DNA of 64,000 nt, taken from assembly GCA_977017575.1 (NCBI GenBank), contig CDRNVI010000023.1, forward strand, positions 248,001 through 312,000, in the 5' to 3' direction. A program made the position numbers and the translations under genes. Below, piece after piece: positions 44,701 to 54,600 of the stretch (the first letter of the stretch is position 1; each line of letters begins with the position of its first letter). This stretch comes from Paramoeba atlantica (taxonomy: Eukaryota > Protista > Discosea). Below the pieces are notes generated by a model, which was not told the DNA's origin, did no database searches, and saw nothing but the letters and a program-made list of their open reading frames with translations.

Positions 44701-45734
44701 GTCCCAATACTCTTAGATGTACGGCGGCATACATCTATCCTATGTATACATCTATCTTATGTATATCCTATGCATACGTCTATCCTATGTATAAATATTA
44801 TTCATTGGGATTCTCAATTCGTTTCGCACTTTCTGAGGAAGATTCTCGGTAAAAAGGGACTTTTTTCCCTTTTCCAAAAACAACTTGATTTTTTTATGTT
44901 AGTTTCGAACAAATTTCAGTATTATATATATAAACGTATTATCTACGTAAAGAAAAAAAACTCAATTTTTGGACTTTTTTAAATAAAAATTTACTTCAGT
45001 ATTATCTATGCGAATGATTAAGCATCATATTTTTGCTACTTACATGACTCCGCTAACATTTTTCTTTGCATAGGCTGTAAAATGTCTGGCCGCATCAAGT
45101 TTTGTAGTTGGGAACCTTGGATGACATGGTGATAGAAGACTGTATTAGGGACCTCTTGTAATCCACTGTTGAAGGAATTTGAAATCTTTTTCCGAGCTCA
45201 GAACCGGAGCTACAATGCTAATGAAAGCTACAATGCGTGAGGATTAGCGTTCTGTGATGCGTGTAACGGGGGTATTAAAACCTTCTGATTCGATTGCTCA
45301 CCTACTCCGAATTGCAACCGAGCTAGCTACGTAGTTCCGACACTTGAGATGCAAGACGCAACACAGCTTGCTCAAGCAGTTCCTGTGCACGTGCTCCGTG
45401 CTCCGTGGGTTGTGATCCTTGATATTTTTCACCTGAACGAAACAGTCCATTCCGTACTGCTGTGCCGACAACGCCAGCCACGTGACCCACGGAAGCTAAT
45501 CGTGACGGAGATGGTGGGACAACAGGTTTTGTCTGCCGCTTGGAGATCGTAGAGGAGCTAGGATGGTCCCCGAGGTCTGAGTGACGGTGGGAGGACAATT
45601 CCGGGTATGACGGAACTGAGGTCGGGTGTGGTTTTTATTATTATTAAGTTTTATTTTTAGTTATCATAATCAACAAGGTACAGAACTAAGCTAGGTACAG
45701 AGTAAGCTCATCGAGATAACCCGTCTTGTGAATA

Positions 45735-45808
45735 CTACGTGCAGCGGGATCAAACCTGTGTCTTCCGAACCATAATCAGATGTTCTACTCACTGAACTAC
45801 TGGCGCCA
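45735..45808 (-). ncRNA. tRNA-like element (pseudo-tRNA or SINE head)
   Basis: D-stem GTTC/GAAC, anticodon stem TCTGA/TCGGA with loop TTATGGT, degenerate B-box GGTTTGATCC. The acceptor stem does not pair. Confidence 0.5.
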
Positions 45809-45863
45809 CCAAGGCGCACACCCTGGGTTCTGAACGCACCCCGCTCGTTAGCTTTGGTGAAAA

Positions 45864-45937
45864 CTACGCGCATGGGGTTCGAACGATGGCACATCCACGT
45901 TAAGGGAGACAGGGTTACCAACTGGGCCGTCACAGTC
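45864..45937 (-). ncRNA. Second tRNA-like element
   Basis: A-box-like CAGTTGGTA and B-box GTTCGAAC. Shares the 3' tail GC(G/A)CGTAGT(T/A)TTCAC with the neighbouring unit. Confidence 0.4.
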
Positions 45938-46208
45938 ACCTTATATCTCACCCCATTAGATCCATGCTACCCCGGACACCATAAGGAAGAAAGAGGCAGA
46001 GGTTGTAAACAACCCCCGCAATTTTATTTATGATTTTATGTACAATTTGACGCGATCACCATGCGACTCAAGCGTCACCCCCTGTATATACAGTATAGTA
46101 GTCAGTATGTATAATTTAGTTGTGTATATAGTTGTGTAGTCGCACCTACCCCATCGGGTCTCATTTTGTTTAATATTTTTTGAGCACGAGTACAGTTTCT
46201 CCTCTCGC

Positions 46209-46799
46209 ATGTTTATTTCGTCTTTTCTTCGTTGTAAAGACACGGGCGTGTCCCGTCCTTCGAAAGTGCGAGGTACATTTCTTCCACAAGAATACAGTCT
46301 AGCTCAATTCGTTGCAAACATTCACAATCCACACGAATCGTGGACAGCAAATACAACAGCGTGTGAATGGAAGGGAGTGTCCTGTGATAAAAATCAAAAT
46401 GTTATAGCGATCGAAATTGGAATGAGCCGATATGCCGCACCGGAGTATTACGGGACTTTGGCATGGGGTTATATGCCAGGGAGTATTCAAACATGTGAAA
46501 TCAGTCGATCCGGAATTTCTGGGATCTTGCCTGTTAGGGAACTCCCTGCTGCTCTAAATATCTTTCGTGTTCCGAATTGCGATCTTTTCGGTAATTTAGA
46601 CATGACAGTGCTTCCGCCTGCTTTGACAACTTTAAATCTCAATGGAAATCGATTCAAAGGATCTCTGGACCTAATGTCACTTCCCCCTAATTTAGTTGTT
46701 TTGGAGCTCAATAGAAACTGCTTTGAGGGACCAGTGGATTTTTCAAGACTTCCAGTTCATTTGAAGAATGTAGATTTGCGGCGTAATAAAATTATGTAA
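46209..46799 (+). CDS. LRR family protein
   Basis: SRPSKVRGTFLPQEY leader, ESWTANTTACEWKGVSCD cap. Confidence 0.9.
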   Translation: MFISSFLRCKDTGVSRPSKVRGTFLPQEYSLAQFVANIHNPHESWTANTTACEWKGVSCDKNQNVIAIEIGMSRYAAPEYYGTLAWGYMPGSIQTCEISRSGISGILPVRELPAALNIFRVPNCDLFGNLDMTVLPPALTTLNLNGNRFKGSLDLMSLPPNLVVLELNRNCFEGPVDFSRLPVHLKNVDLRRNKIM

Positions 46800-46968
46800 A
46801 ATCTTCTGTTCCTCTCTTCGTGTTAATGTAAGTGCACCTGGCCAATAAACATTTTTTGGCATGGAGAAGGCATGTACATATGGGGTGTTGATCTATGAAT
46901 ATGACTAATTTGAAATCGAGTAGTAATGTTCGATAAGACTACAATATACTAATGACTACAATATAATA

Positions 46969-49900
46969 CATACATCTCCCCAGTACGGTACTTCGTACTA
47001 AACGTAGTACGGACCCCGTATTTCGTACTAGTACGTACTAAGTACCGAACTATCCGTACTTAGTACGAAAGTCCGTACTTCATGCAGTTTGTCTAACAAT
47101 TTCAAATAAAGAAACCACACTGAAGTAGTGTACCATGTGACGATGAAGGGCTGCAACCTCTGTCATGAAGGGCATACATGCTAACACTCACTAAATAAAA
47201 GCAAATATAGAAGTAATTTAAAAGGAATATAGAAGAAGCGTACGGTGAACGCATAAAAATTTGAATCAAAAGACACTCTATATTTATCACTATTTTCTCA
47301 CTTGCTATGAACTAACGAATAGGTGATCGCCGACACCCTCCCAAAAAATGTATAAGAGAACGGAAAGGAAAAGTGAAAGTGATCTAAGAACTTTTAGAAG
47401 CTATTTTCATTGAATATATAGAATGCTGTATATATTTTTTTACAAAGCTATGCAATCAACATCATACATTACAAGATTCCATTAATTTTAGTTAGAAAAA
47501 TCACCCTAAATTAGTCCAATGAGAGGGTGGTTACTCTGTAAAATCTTTGTCTTCGCCTTCATCTGTATCGCTACTTTCGAGAAGATCAAACTCACCTTCC
47601 TCGGATGATTTATATTGCGTTTTCGGTCTATGAGTCACTCTTTTAATCTTATTTAGGTTTCCACGCAAAAAAATCCGGTCAGCAATCGCACGTGGAGGAA
47701 GTCTGGATTGTCGAGGACTGTACATATACGACAATATCGATAGCCATGAGTCACACTTTGTCATGAGAGGTGGCGTCCAAACGTAATGACGCGCGGCGAA
47801 AGCAATAGATGGGAAAAGTCTATCACCCGTAGTGCACCAGTAATCATACTCATTACTGTGCACAGAGGGATCCCACTCAAAGTCAGTACAAGTGACGTAC
47901 GCTTGCCATTCTGTGTCAGTAATAGAAAATAAGGCGTTTCGCTCTGTTAGTGCTCCCAAACCTCGATCAAAAAGGTTGATCGCCCGCTGCACACTGATAC
48001 TCTTCATGTTATATGGGCGCCCGAATTCAGAAATGAATATTGGATCGAACCAAACAATGTCTTTCCAAAATTCCATGTTATGGTTTTTAGAAAGCCGGGC
48101 CATATGATGCTTCAGCGCTTCTTTTAAACCTTCAGGCCCGACTCCTTCCTCTGAATCCTCGAATAACTGTTCCAAAGTTTCGGCAACGTGCGTTGCTGTA
48201 GGTTTCCCATTGAGGTCAGAAAATTTGTTCAATGCAACGAAGAGAATATCGCATTCCTTTAAGAAGGTTAAGCACGAATTGCGAATATTTTCAACTCCGT
48301 AACGAACTAGAAGCCTTGAACAGTTCACAATAGACTTAGATGTAGGACTTTGTTTTTTCATTTCAGCTTCAACGAAAGCTTTTATGATATCGATGTTGTT
48401 GGCGATAAAATCCATCGCTGTGAACTTATCACGACACCAGCGTGTGACACCCCCTAATTGCGGAGTTTCTACACCTTGTGATTTTGAGGATCGATCAATT
48501 CCAACTAGAACGGCACCTTTATGCTCATGTAAAATAGTACACTTTTCTTCCCATGTTAAATCGGTCAGAAGCAATTTCTCAATGAGATACTTAGACTCAT
48601 CTGGTATCACGGTTTTTAATATTTCCAGACTTTCTAGAAGACCGTTCTCGAGCCCAGGACGATATCTTTTCAAGCATCGATCTCCGAACCTAGTGCAGTA
48701 CGTTCGAAAATTTGAAGCAGCTTTCAAATACGCCTCATCGCATTTCGCCAACTTTATTCCAAGTGCAACACCCTTATATTTACCTTTTGTAGCACTCGGT
48801 TTTCCACCTGAATAGAATGCCTGGGCGAACGCCTTCTTGAATTTAAAAGCCGGAGATTCTTCATAAGACTTGAATGCCGTATTGCAAAAACAATTTATCA
48901 TGTGCCCCACGCACGATAGCAAAGCGATACTAGGAACAAAGTGTCGCAGACCTTGCTCAAAATTCGTAATATCATTATTTCCAATGTAATCTGTCCTCTC
49001 ATAGATGTCACGCAAATGTCCCTCGCAATACAAGCGAGCTACATGATTTACAGCACTTCCATCAACCATTAAAAACTTCAATTTTTTCAGTCGTTCACAT
49101 CCGATATTGATCGTCATACTGTTCACCAGGGTTTCAGCCATGAGCTTCCCGTCAAATGCCTTGTACTGAGGCGAGTACATAGGGGGAAGAACATATTCCT
49201 CAGGGCCGACATATACCACACATAATAGTATATGTTCTCCCTTCATCCGATCGATACCAGCGTCAACGGCAGCCCCAAAGTATGTATACTTATCGATGTC
49301 CGACTTGAGAATTTCCCATAGCTCATCGGCGAGAACAGATTCACATTCGTGAAGTTTTCCGGTCTTTTTGGGGAAAAAGGCTAGAAACTGTTCAATGGTA
49401 ACCTTTGGAGGCCATTGCTCCAGGAGCGACCGAACAAAAGTAAGAAATTGCTGCGAAAGAGTGCTCATGAGAGCATGCATGCTGGGTACTATTCGTGTGG
49501 CGTAAAGTTCGGCTTCCCTTTCACACGACATAGCCATTTGAACAGCGTCAAGTTTCTCCTTATCAATGCGAAGATCGCAGTGCTTACGATGCTGTTGATA
49601 ATGATTACGAGTCTTGCAATGAGATTCAAAATGGCAGCCAGGGGTCATGCATTTGTAATGACATTCATGCCCCATACCGTCAACGGGCATTGCATCATGG
49701 TTGTGATGACAATTTGCCGAGCAACGTACGACAGCAAAAAGGGGAACCACCCCCTCTCGCATTAGAACGCTAGGCGGCGTTGCGTGATGAGCGCGAGAGA
49801 CCGTTCTTTCGGGAGTTACCTCGCTTCCATCCTGTTCACCTCGGCCTGACTTCCTAGACATGGTGCTGGAGAAAAGTGAATAAAAATTGAAAAGAAAATG

Positions 49901-50110
49901 CTATAGTAACGGAATAATAAATTAGTTTAAGTAATGCGATCCCAACATTGCTTTCCAATGAAAAAGATGAGCTTTTCTTTAATTGAAATTCGTAGTCAAG
50001 GTCCCACTTTGGCATAAAATATTTTTCAAAATGTATGAAGTACGGACTTTCGTACTTAGTACGGATAGTACGGTACTTAGTACGTACTATCCGTACTAAG
50101 GAGATGTATG
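46969..50110 (-). mobile_element. hAT-like DNA transposon, apparently full length (3142 bp)
   Basis: TIR CATACATCTCC...GGAGATGTATG. GTAC-rich subterminal arrays are mutual inverted repeats. One uninterrupted 776-aa ORF. Confidence 0.8.
47531..49861 (-). CDS. hAT-superfamily transposase
   Basis: Cys/His finger (CMTPGCHFESHC..RNHYQQH), AAVDAGID, FLMVDGSAVN, SCVGHMIN (CxxH), GVTRW, and a C-terminal PLMTKCDSWLS..YSPRQSRL resembling the hAT dimerization region. Confidence 0.8.
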   Translation of the reverse strand: MSRKSGRGEQDGSEVTPERTVSRAHHATPPSVLMREGVVPLFAVVRCSANCHHNHDAMPVDGMGHECHYKCMTPGCHFESHCKTRNHYQQHRKHCDLRIDKEKLDAVQMAMSCEREAELYATRIVPSMHALMSTLSQQFLTFVRSLLEQWPPKVTIEQFLAFFPKKTGKLHECESVLADELWEILKSDIDKYTYFGAAVDAGIDRMKGEHILLCVVYVGPEEYVLPPMYSPQYKAFDGKLMAETLVNSMTINIGCERLKKLKFLMVDGSAVNHVARLYCEGHLRDIYERTDYIGNNDITNFEQGLRHFVPSIALLSCVGHMINCFCNTAFKSYEESPAFKFKKAFAQAFYSGGKPSATKGKYKGVALGIKLAKCDEAYLKAASNFRTYCTRFGDRCLKRYRPGLENGLLESLEILKTVIPDESKYLIEKLLLTDLTWEEKCTILHEHKGAVLVGIDRSSKSQGVETPQLGGVTRWCRDKFTAMDFIANNIDIIKAFVEAEMKKQSPTSKSIVNCSRLLVRYGVENIRNSCLTFLKECDILFVALNKFSDLNGKPTATHVAETLEQLFEDSEEGVGPEGLKEALKHHMARLSKNHNMEFWKDIVWFDPIFISEFGRPYNMKSISVQRAINLFDRGLGALTERNALFSITDTEWQAYVTCTDFEWDPSVHSNEYDYWCTTGDRLFPSIAFAARHYVWTPPLMTKCDSWLSILSYMYSPRQSRLPPRAIADRIFLRGNLNKIKRVTHRPKTQYKSSEEGEFDLLESSDTDEGEDKDFTE

Positions 50111-50507
50111 ATAATATGTATACTCCCCCTATTATTAATAACGATAATGCAAAGAAACTTTTTCTCCATATGTGAAAACTCTTAGAACATCAATTCATAT
50201 TCACGTAGGCAGTTTTTTCTCAAATTTTCTTTGAGTCAATTTTTCCCCCAAAAACATTTTGTTTTCGTTTTTTAAAACGCAAAGACATAGAATTTTCAAA
50301 TTTCAAGAATTCTTTCAAGTCCATGAACAATGATAATGATAATAATAATCTCAAAAAAAATAGCCTTCTTCAAGTTTATTATGATCATTATTAATGACAA
50401 GGGGAGTAGTGTACATACAATAAGAAAGCAGAATCCGAAGAACATGTTTAGTATCACAAACGTACAGTATTCCTTTTCAACAAAAACTACAGCATTACTT
50501 CTGCTCC

Positions 50508-51113
50508 ATGTTCTCCCTTAGCTTCAAAGACACGTTCCAAGACCTCGCCCGGCCCTCGAAGGTGAGTAAATCTGTTCTTCCACAAGAACACAATCTCGTT
50601 CGGTTCTTAGCCAACATCTCCAATCCGGACTCCTCATGGACGATTGACACGCCCGCGTGTGAGTGGAAAAGTGTGGAATGCGGCACCAGTGACTATGTCG
50701 GATACATTCGACTCGAAACGAATTACGTTGGAACACTTGCGTGGAGTCACATGCCGCATACTACAAAAGAGTTTTCCATATGGCATCAGAAAGGGATGAC
50801 GGGAAGACTGTTTGTTAATGAGCTTCCCATCGGATTGAACAGTTTTGTGATTCCTTGTTGCAGTTTCTTCGGAACTGTAGATTTGACGGAGTTGCCCTCT
50901 CGTTTGACGTATTTAAACCTCCGAGGAAATCAGTTTTCAGGAGATCTGGATCTGACGTTGTTGCCTCCAAACTTGACATCGTTGTACCTCAACGGCAATG
51001 AATTTGACAGTGTGGGAGATCTTTCCAAGCTGCCAGCAAGTTTGGTTCAACTTTTTCTGCGGGGAAATAAGTTTTCCAGAAGGCCGGATGTTCCATTTTT
51101 CGTTTCCTTATAA
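50508..51113 (+). CDS. LRR family protein
   Basis: ARPSKVSKSVLPQEH leader, SSWTIDTPACEWKSVECG cap. Confidence 0.9.
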   Translation: MFSLSFKDTFQDLARPSKVSKSVLPQEHNLVRFLANISNPDSSWTIDTPACEWKSVECGTSDYVGYIRLETNYVGTLAWSHMPHTTKEFSIWHQKGMTGRLFVNELPIGLNSFVIPCCSFFGTVDLTELPSRLTYLNLRGNQFSGDLDLTLLPPNLTSLYLNGNEFDSVGDLSKLPASLVQLFLRGNKFSRRPDVPFFVSL

Positions 51114-51646
51114 AATTCGTCAGTTCTTTTTGAAAAGATAAATTACATCTATCGAGTGTAGAAAGCAGATATCTATGGGCATTATTCTTTTATACATTGA
51201 AAGTCTTTTAATTTGTTGGAAACAGGAAAGTTCAAGTTAAGAATTCATCGCCTTTTTGCAACTTGGTTTATGGGCTGTGAATTCCTAATTTTTCAAGTCG
51301 AATGTACCTTTTTTTGAAAAGAAAAACGTATTATTGTGAAAAACGTTTATTGTGATTTCAAATTACAATGCACAACTAACGATCTCATTCACACGAATAA
51401 AACAACGCAAAAGAAAGGGGGAATATACAATTCCGTATAAACGTGTATGTACAACCGCAATCAGTAAGTTAAAAATATGGGAGGAGTAAACTATGAATGT
51501 ACGTCGAGGGAGTTACACAATAGCTACCTCAAACACCACATTTACAATATCACCAGGTATACCGTAGCTCCGTATGTACAACATACCATAAATCCTCAAG
51601 TACCTGTGAACAAGCTTTTTTTTCTCGATTGTCGTTACTCTTTTCC

Positions 51647-54600
51647 ATGACAATCGGATATTCCCTTACGCTTCATCCTCCTTCCGCGATACATGCCGCA
51701 TGTGCGGGAATGTTTCGAGGCGCTCGAGTCCACGAATTTGTGCTGGTCACTGGTACTCACCTTTCTCTTTACGAAATTGCAAGTCCGACACCTCAAAAAG
51801 ACGCCTCCACTCCTGTGTCGCCTCGCTTTTCCTCCCTTGGCTCTACTTATTTATGGGGTCACACTCTGGCGATTCGGCCGGTTCTACTCGCGCACAACAA
51901 TTCCAAGGATGCGCTCCTTGTACTCATGGACGGGGGGTGCGTTGCCTTGTGGGAGTACACCGAGTCGCACATCCCTTATTCCGACGACAGTAGTGGTGCG
52001 GGACGGGAGGATCACGTCGGGGTTTCCTTTCTCCCGCTTCGACCTCCCTGTCTCGGGGATCCCTCCGCACGCTCCGCGGGGCTTCGTTTGTTGCACCGTC
52101 TTAATTTCGGACCCGCCGGGCTACGTCGAGATACCCCCGGGAGGTATGTCGGGGTGGACGCCCGAGGCGGCTGTGTGTCCCTTGCGGCTCTCGACGGCAC
52201 CAAGTTATTTTTCCCCACCCAAATCTCCACGCTGTCATCCGAGCATGACCCCCGTGAGCGGGGGACGGAGCACGGGGCGTTTTCCTCCGATTTCGAGGGA
52301 ACCCCGAAATCCGCGCGTTCTCTCACACTCGGTTCCCCGATCGAGAGCCTACCGCGCTCCCCGGGTACACTCACACTGGCCTATGTCCCGCTCGAGCACG
52401 AGACGGACGCCCAGCAGTGTGTGTACGCGGGGCTGGAGAGGGCGTCTCTCCCCCACGGGGACGCGGGGTCCAAAACCTCTCCCCCCCATCTCGTGGTGTA
52501 CATCTACGACCGCAGCTGTGCGGTGGTCACGGTACGTGAGGTCACGCGGGTGGAGCCGGGCTCCCATTTGCTGTTCCCGGTGCCCTATACCCCACTGCGG
52601 GTGGCGCCCACCCCGGGGCACCGTCCCCCCCACACGGGGTGCCCCGGGGGGGTGCTGGTGTGTTCCCCCAACCACCTGCGGTATGTGGAGGTCACCACCG
52701 GCCGGAGTCTCCATGCCGCGTTGCCTCGGCGCCACACGCTCCCGGTGGAGCACACCGTGATGGTGTGTGCCGGGGCGTTGATGCGAACCCGGGAGGGGTT
52801 CTTTTATTTGCTCCAAAGTGAGTATGGGGATTTGTACAAGGTCACGCTGACGGTGTCGCACCCTCCGTCGGTCCCCGCAGGGGAGGGGGACGGGGGGTCG
52901 GGCGGTGTGGTGACCGCGCTCCATGTGCGGTACTTTGATACGATTCCGCTGGCGACGTATCTTTATATTACCCGACGTGGGGGTTTGGTCGCCTTGGGGG
53001 AGGTCGCCAACCACCGGTTGTACCAGTTTCAATCTCTTGGGATTGACCATGATCGGTATTTGCTCGGGCACCTCGTGGTGCGCGAAAAAGCAGAAGAGGG
53101 AGGTGCGAACCGCGGCGGGATTCAGAACCTTCCCGTGTTCGCTCCCCACTCCCTGAGGAACCTACGTCTGTGCGAGGAGCTTTCCAACACGAGTCCTCTC
53201 CTTGGGTGTGTGGGTCTTAACCCCACAGAAACGCGATCCGGGCGCGAGCTCACCCTTCTGGGCTGGGGTGGACGAGGACTACAAGCGGCCGCGCACGCCT
53301 TCACCCCGGGCTCGGCCCCCTCCCGGCTCCTTCTCCACCTCCCCCTCACCTCCTTTGAGTCCTTCCCCCCACCCCATGAGTACCCCTATGGCACTCACCA
53401 CCCCGCCAATACCCTTCCCCTCTCCCTTATCACCACCTCGGAGCGTTCTGCTGCCCTCAACGAATTTTTCTCCCCCCTCTCGGCTCCCCCGTGCGTGTTG
53501 CTGCGCTACCCCAACGCTACCCACCCCTTTACTTTATTTTCTTTTTCTTCCATGAAGGACAACACAAGTCCTGTGGCCGCTCGGCTACACGCTCTCCCCT
53601 CTCCCCATGATGGGGGGGAGAGCAACAACACGGCCGCTGTGGTTTTTATGGCCTATCTCGCGGACGGCTCCCAAGTCCGGGTTCACCCCAACCTGGTCCG
53701 TCACCACCTCCCCGGGGGCCATGTGAGGCACTGGAGGCCCTCGGCGATTCATGGCGCCCCGGAGGGTTCAAATCCCTCAATGGGTTCGTATTCAAGTTCG
53801 GATTCATCGGATCCTGTCGATTCAAAAGGTTTGATTTCCCATGCCGCCTCTACGCATTTTCAACTCGTCACGGGCTTAGGTCCCGTGGTGGAGTATTTTG
53901 CGTTAGATGAGGCCGGGGTGCTGCGAAATGCCAACCGATTGGAGCTAAGCGGGAGTGTGCGCGGGCTGGATGTGATACACTCCCCGGAGATGGTGAGTGC
54001 GGAGGTAACGGGGTCTTCTTCCCCGTCTAGTATTGGTCAACGTAAGCCGTTCTCGTTTATGGCCGTCGCTACAGATCGACGGGAGTTATGGGTGGTTGAA
54101 ATTCCACTGCCTCGAAATATGCGCCAGTCCTCGACAGCGCGGGGGCTGGAGGTGCGTGCCACGCTTCAATGTGCGGTTGAGATTGCTAGCGTCGTGCTGG
54201 CGTGGCAGCCGGTAGGGGAGGTAGAGATCTCGGAGAGTAGCGACGCGGCAGAGCTGGCAACGAGCGATTCTTCCCCCACTCGGTTGTTTCTGTATCTTGG
54301 GCTGCATAACGGAACCGTGGAGGTACGCGAACTGGGGATTCAACCTCTTCAAGAGAGCACTTCATCGGTTCATTTATCCCTCGCAATTCGACACAGCGTT
54401 ACCTTTCACGCTCCGATTGTACGTGTCGTGTCCGAAACCGGCCCTGTGAGAGTGAAGAAATTGTTTTGGCGATGTACCTCCCAGACCACCCCGATAATCG
54501 ACTCCGCTTCTCCCTCTCCTGTGGGCCTGGTACATCAATTTTTCGCCATTGCGTTACAATCTGAGAGTGGCCTTCGTCTGACAGGGGTCTATTTAATGGA

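Noticed and set aside
45323-45598. COQ8/ABC1-like N-terminal resemblance (VPPSPSRLASVG)
   Set aside because: Too short, antisense, and has no kinase domain.
45940-46200. snRNA or 7SL gene divergent from the tRNA-like elements
   Set aside because: No recognisable U snRNA, Sm site or 7SL sequence was found by eye. An Infernal search would be needed to exclude it fully.
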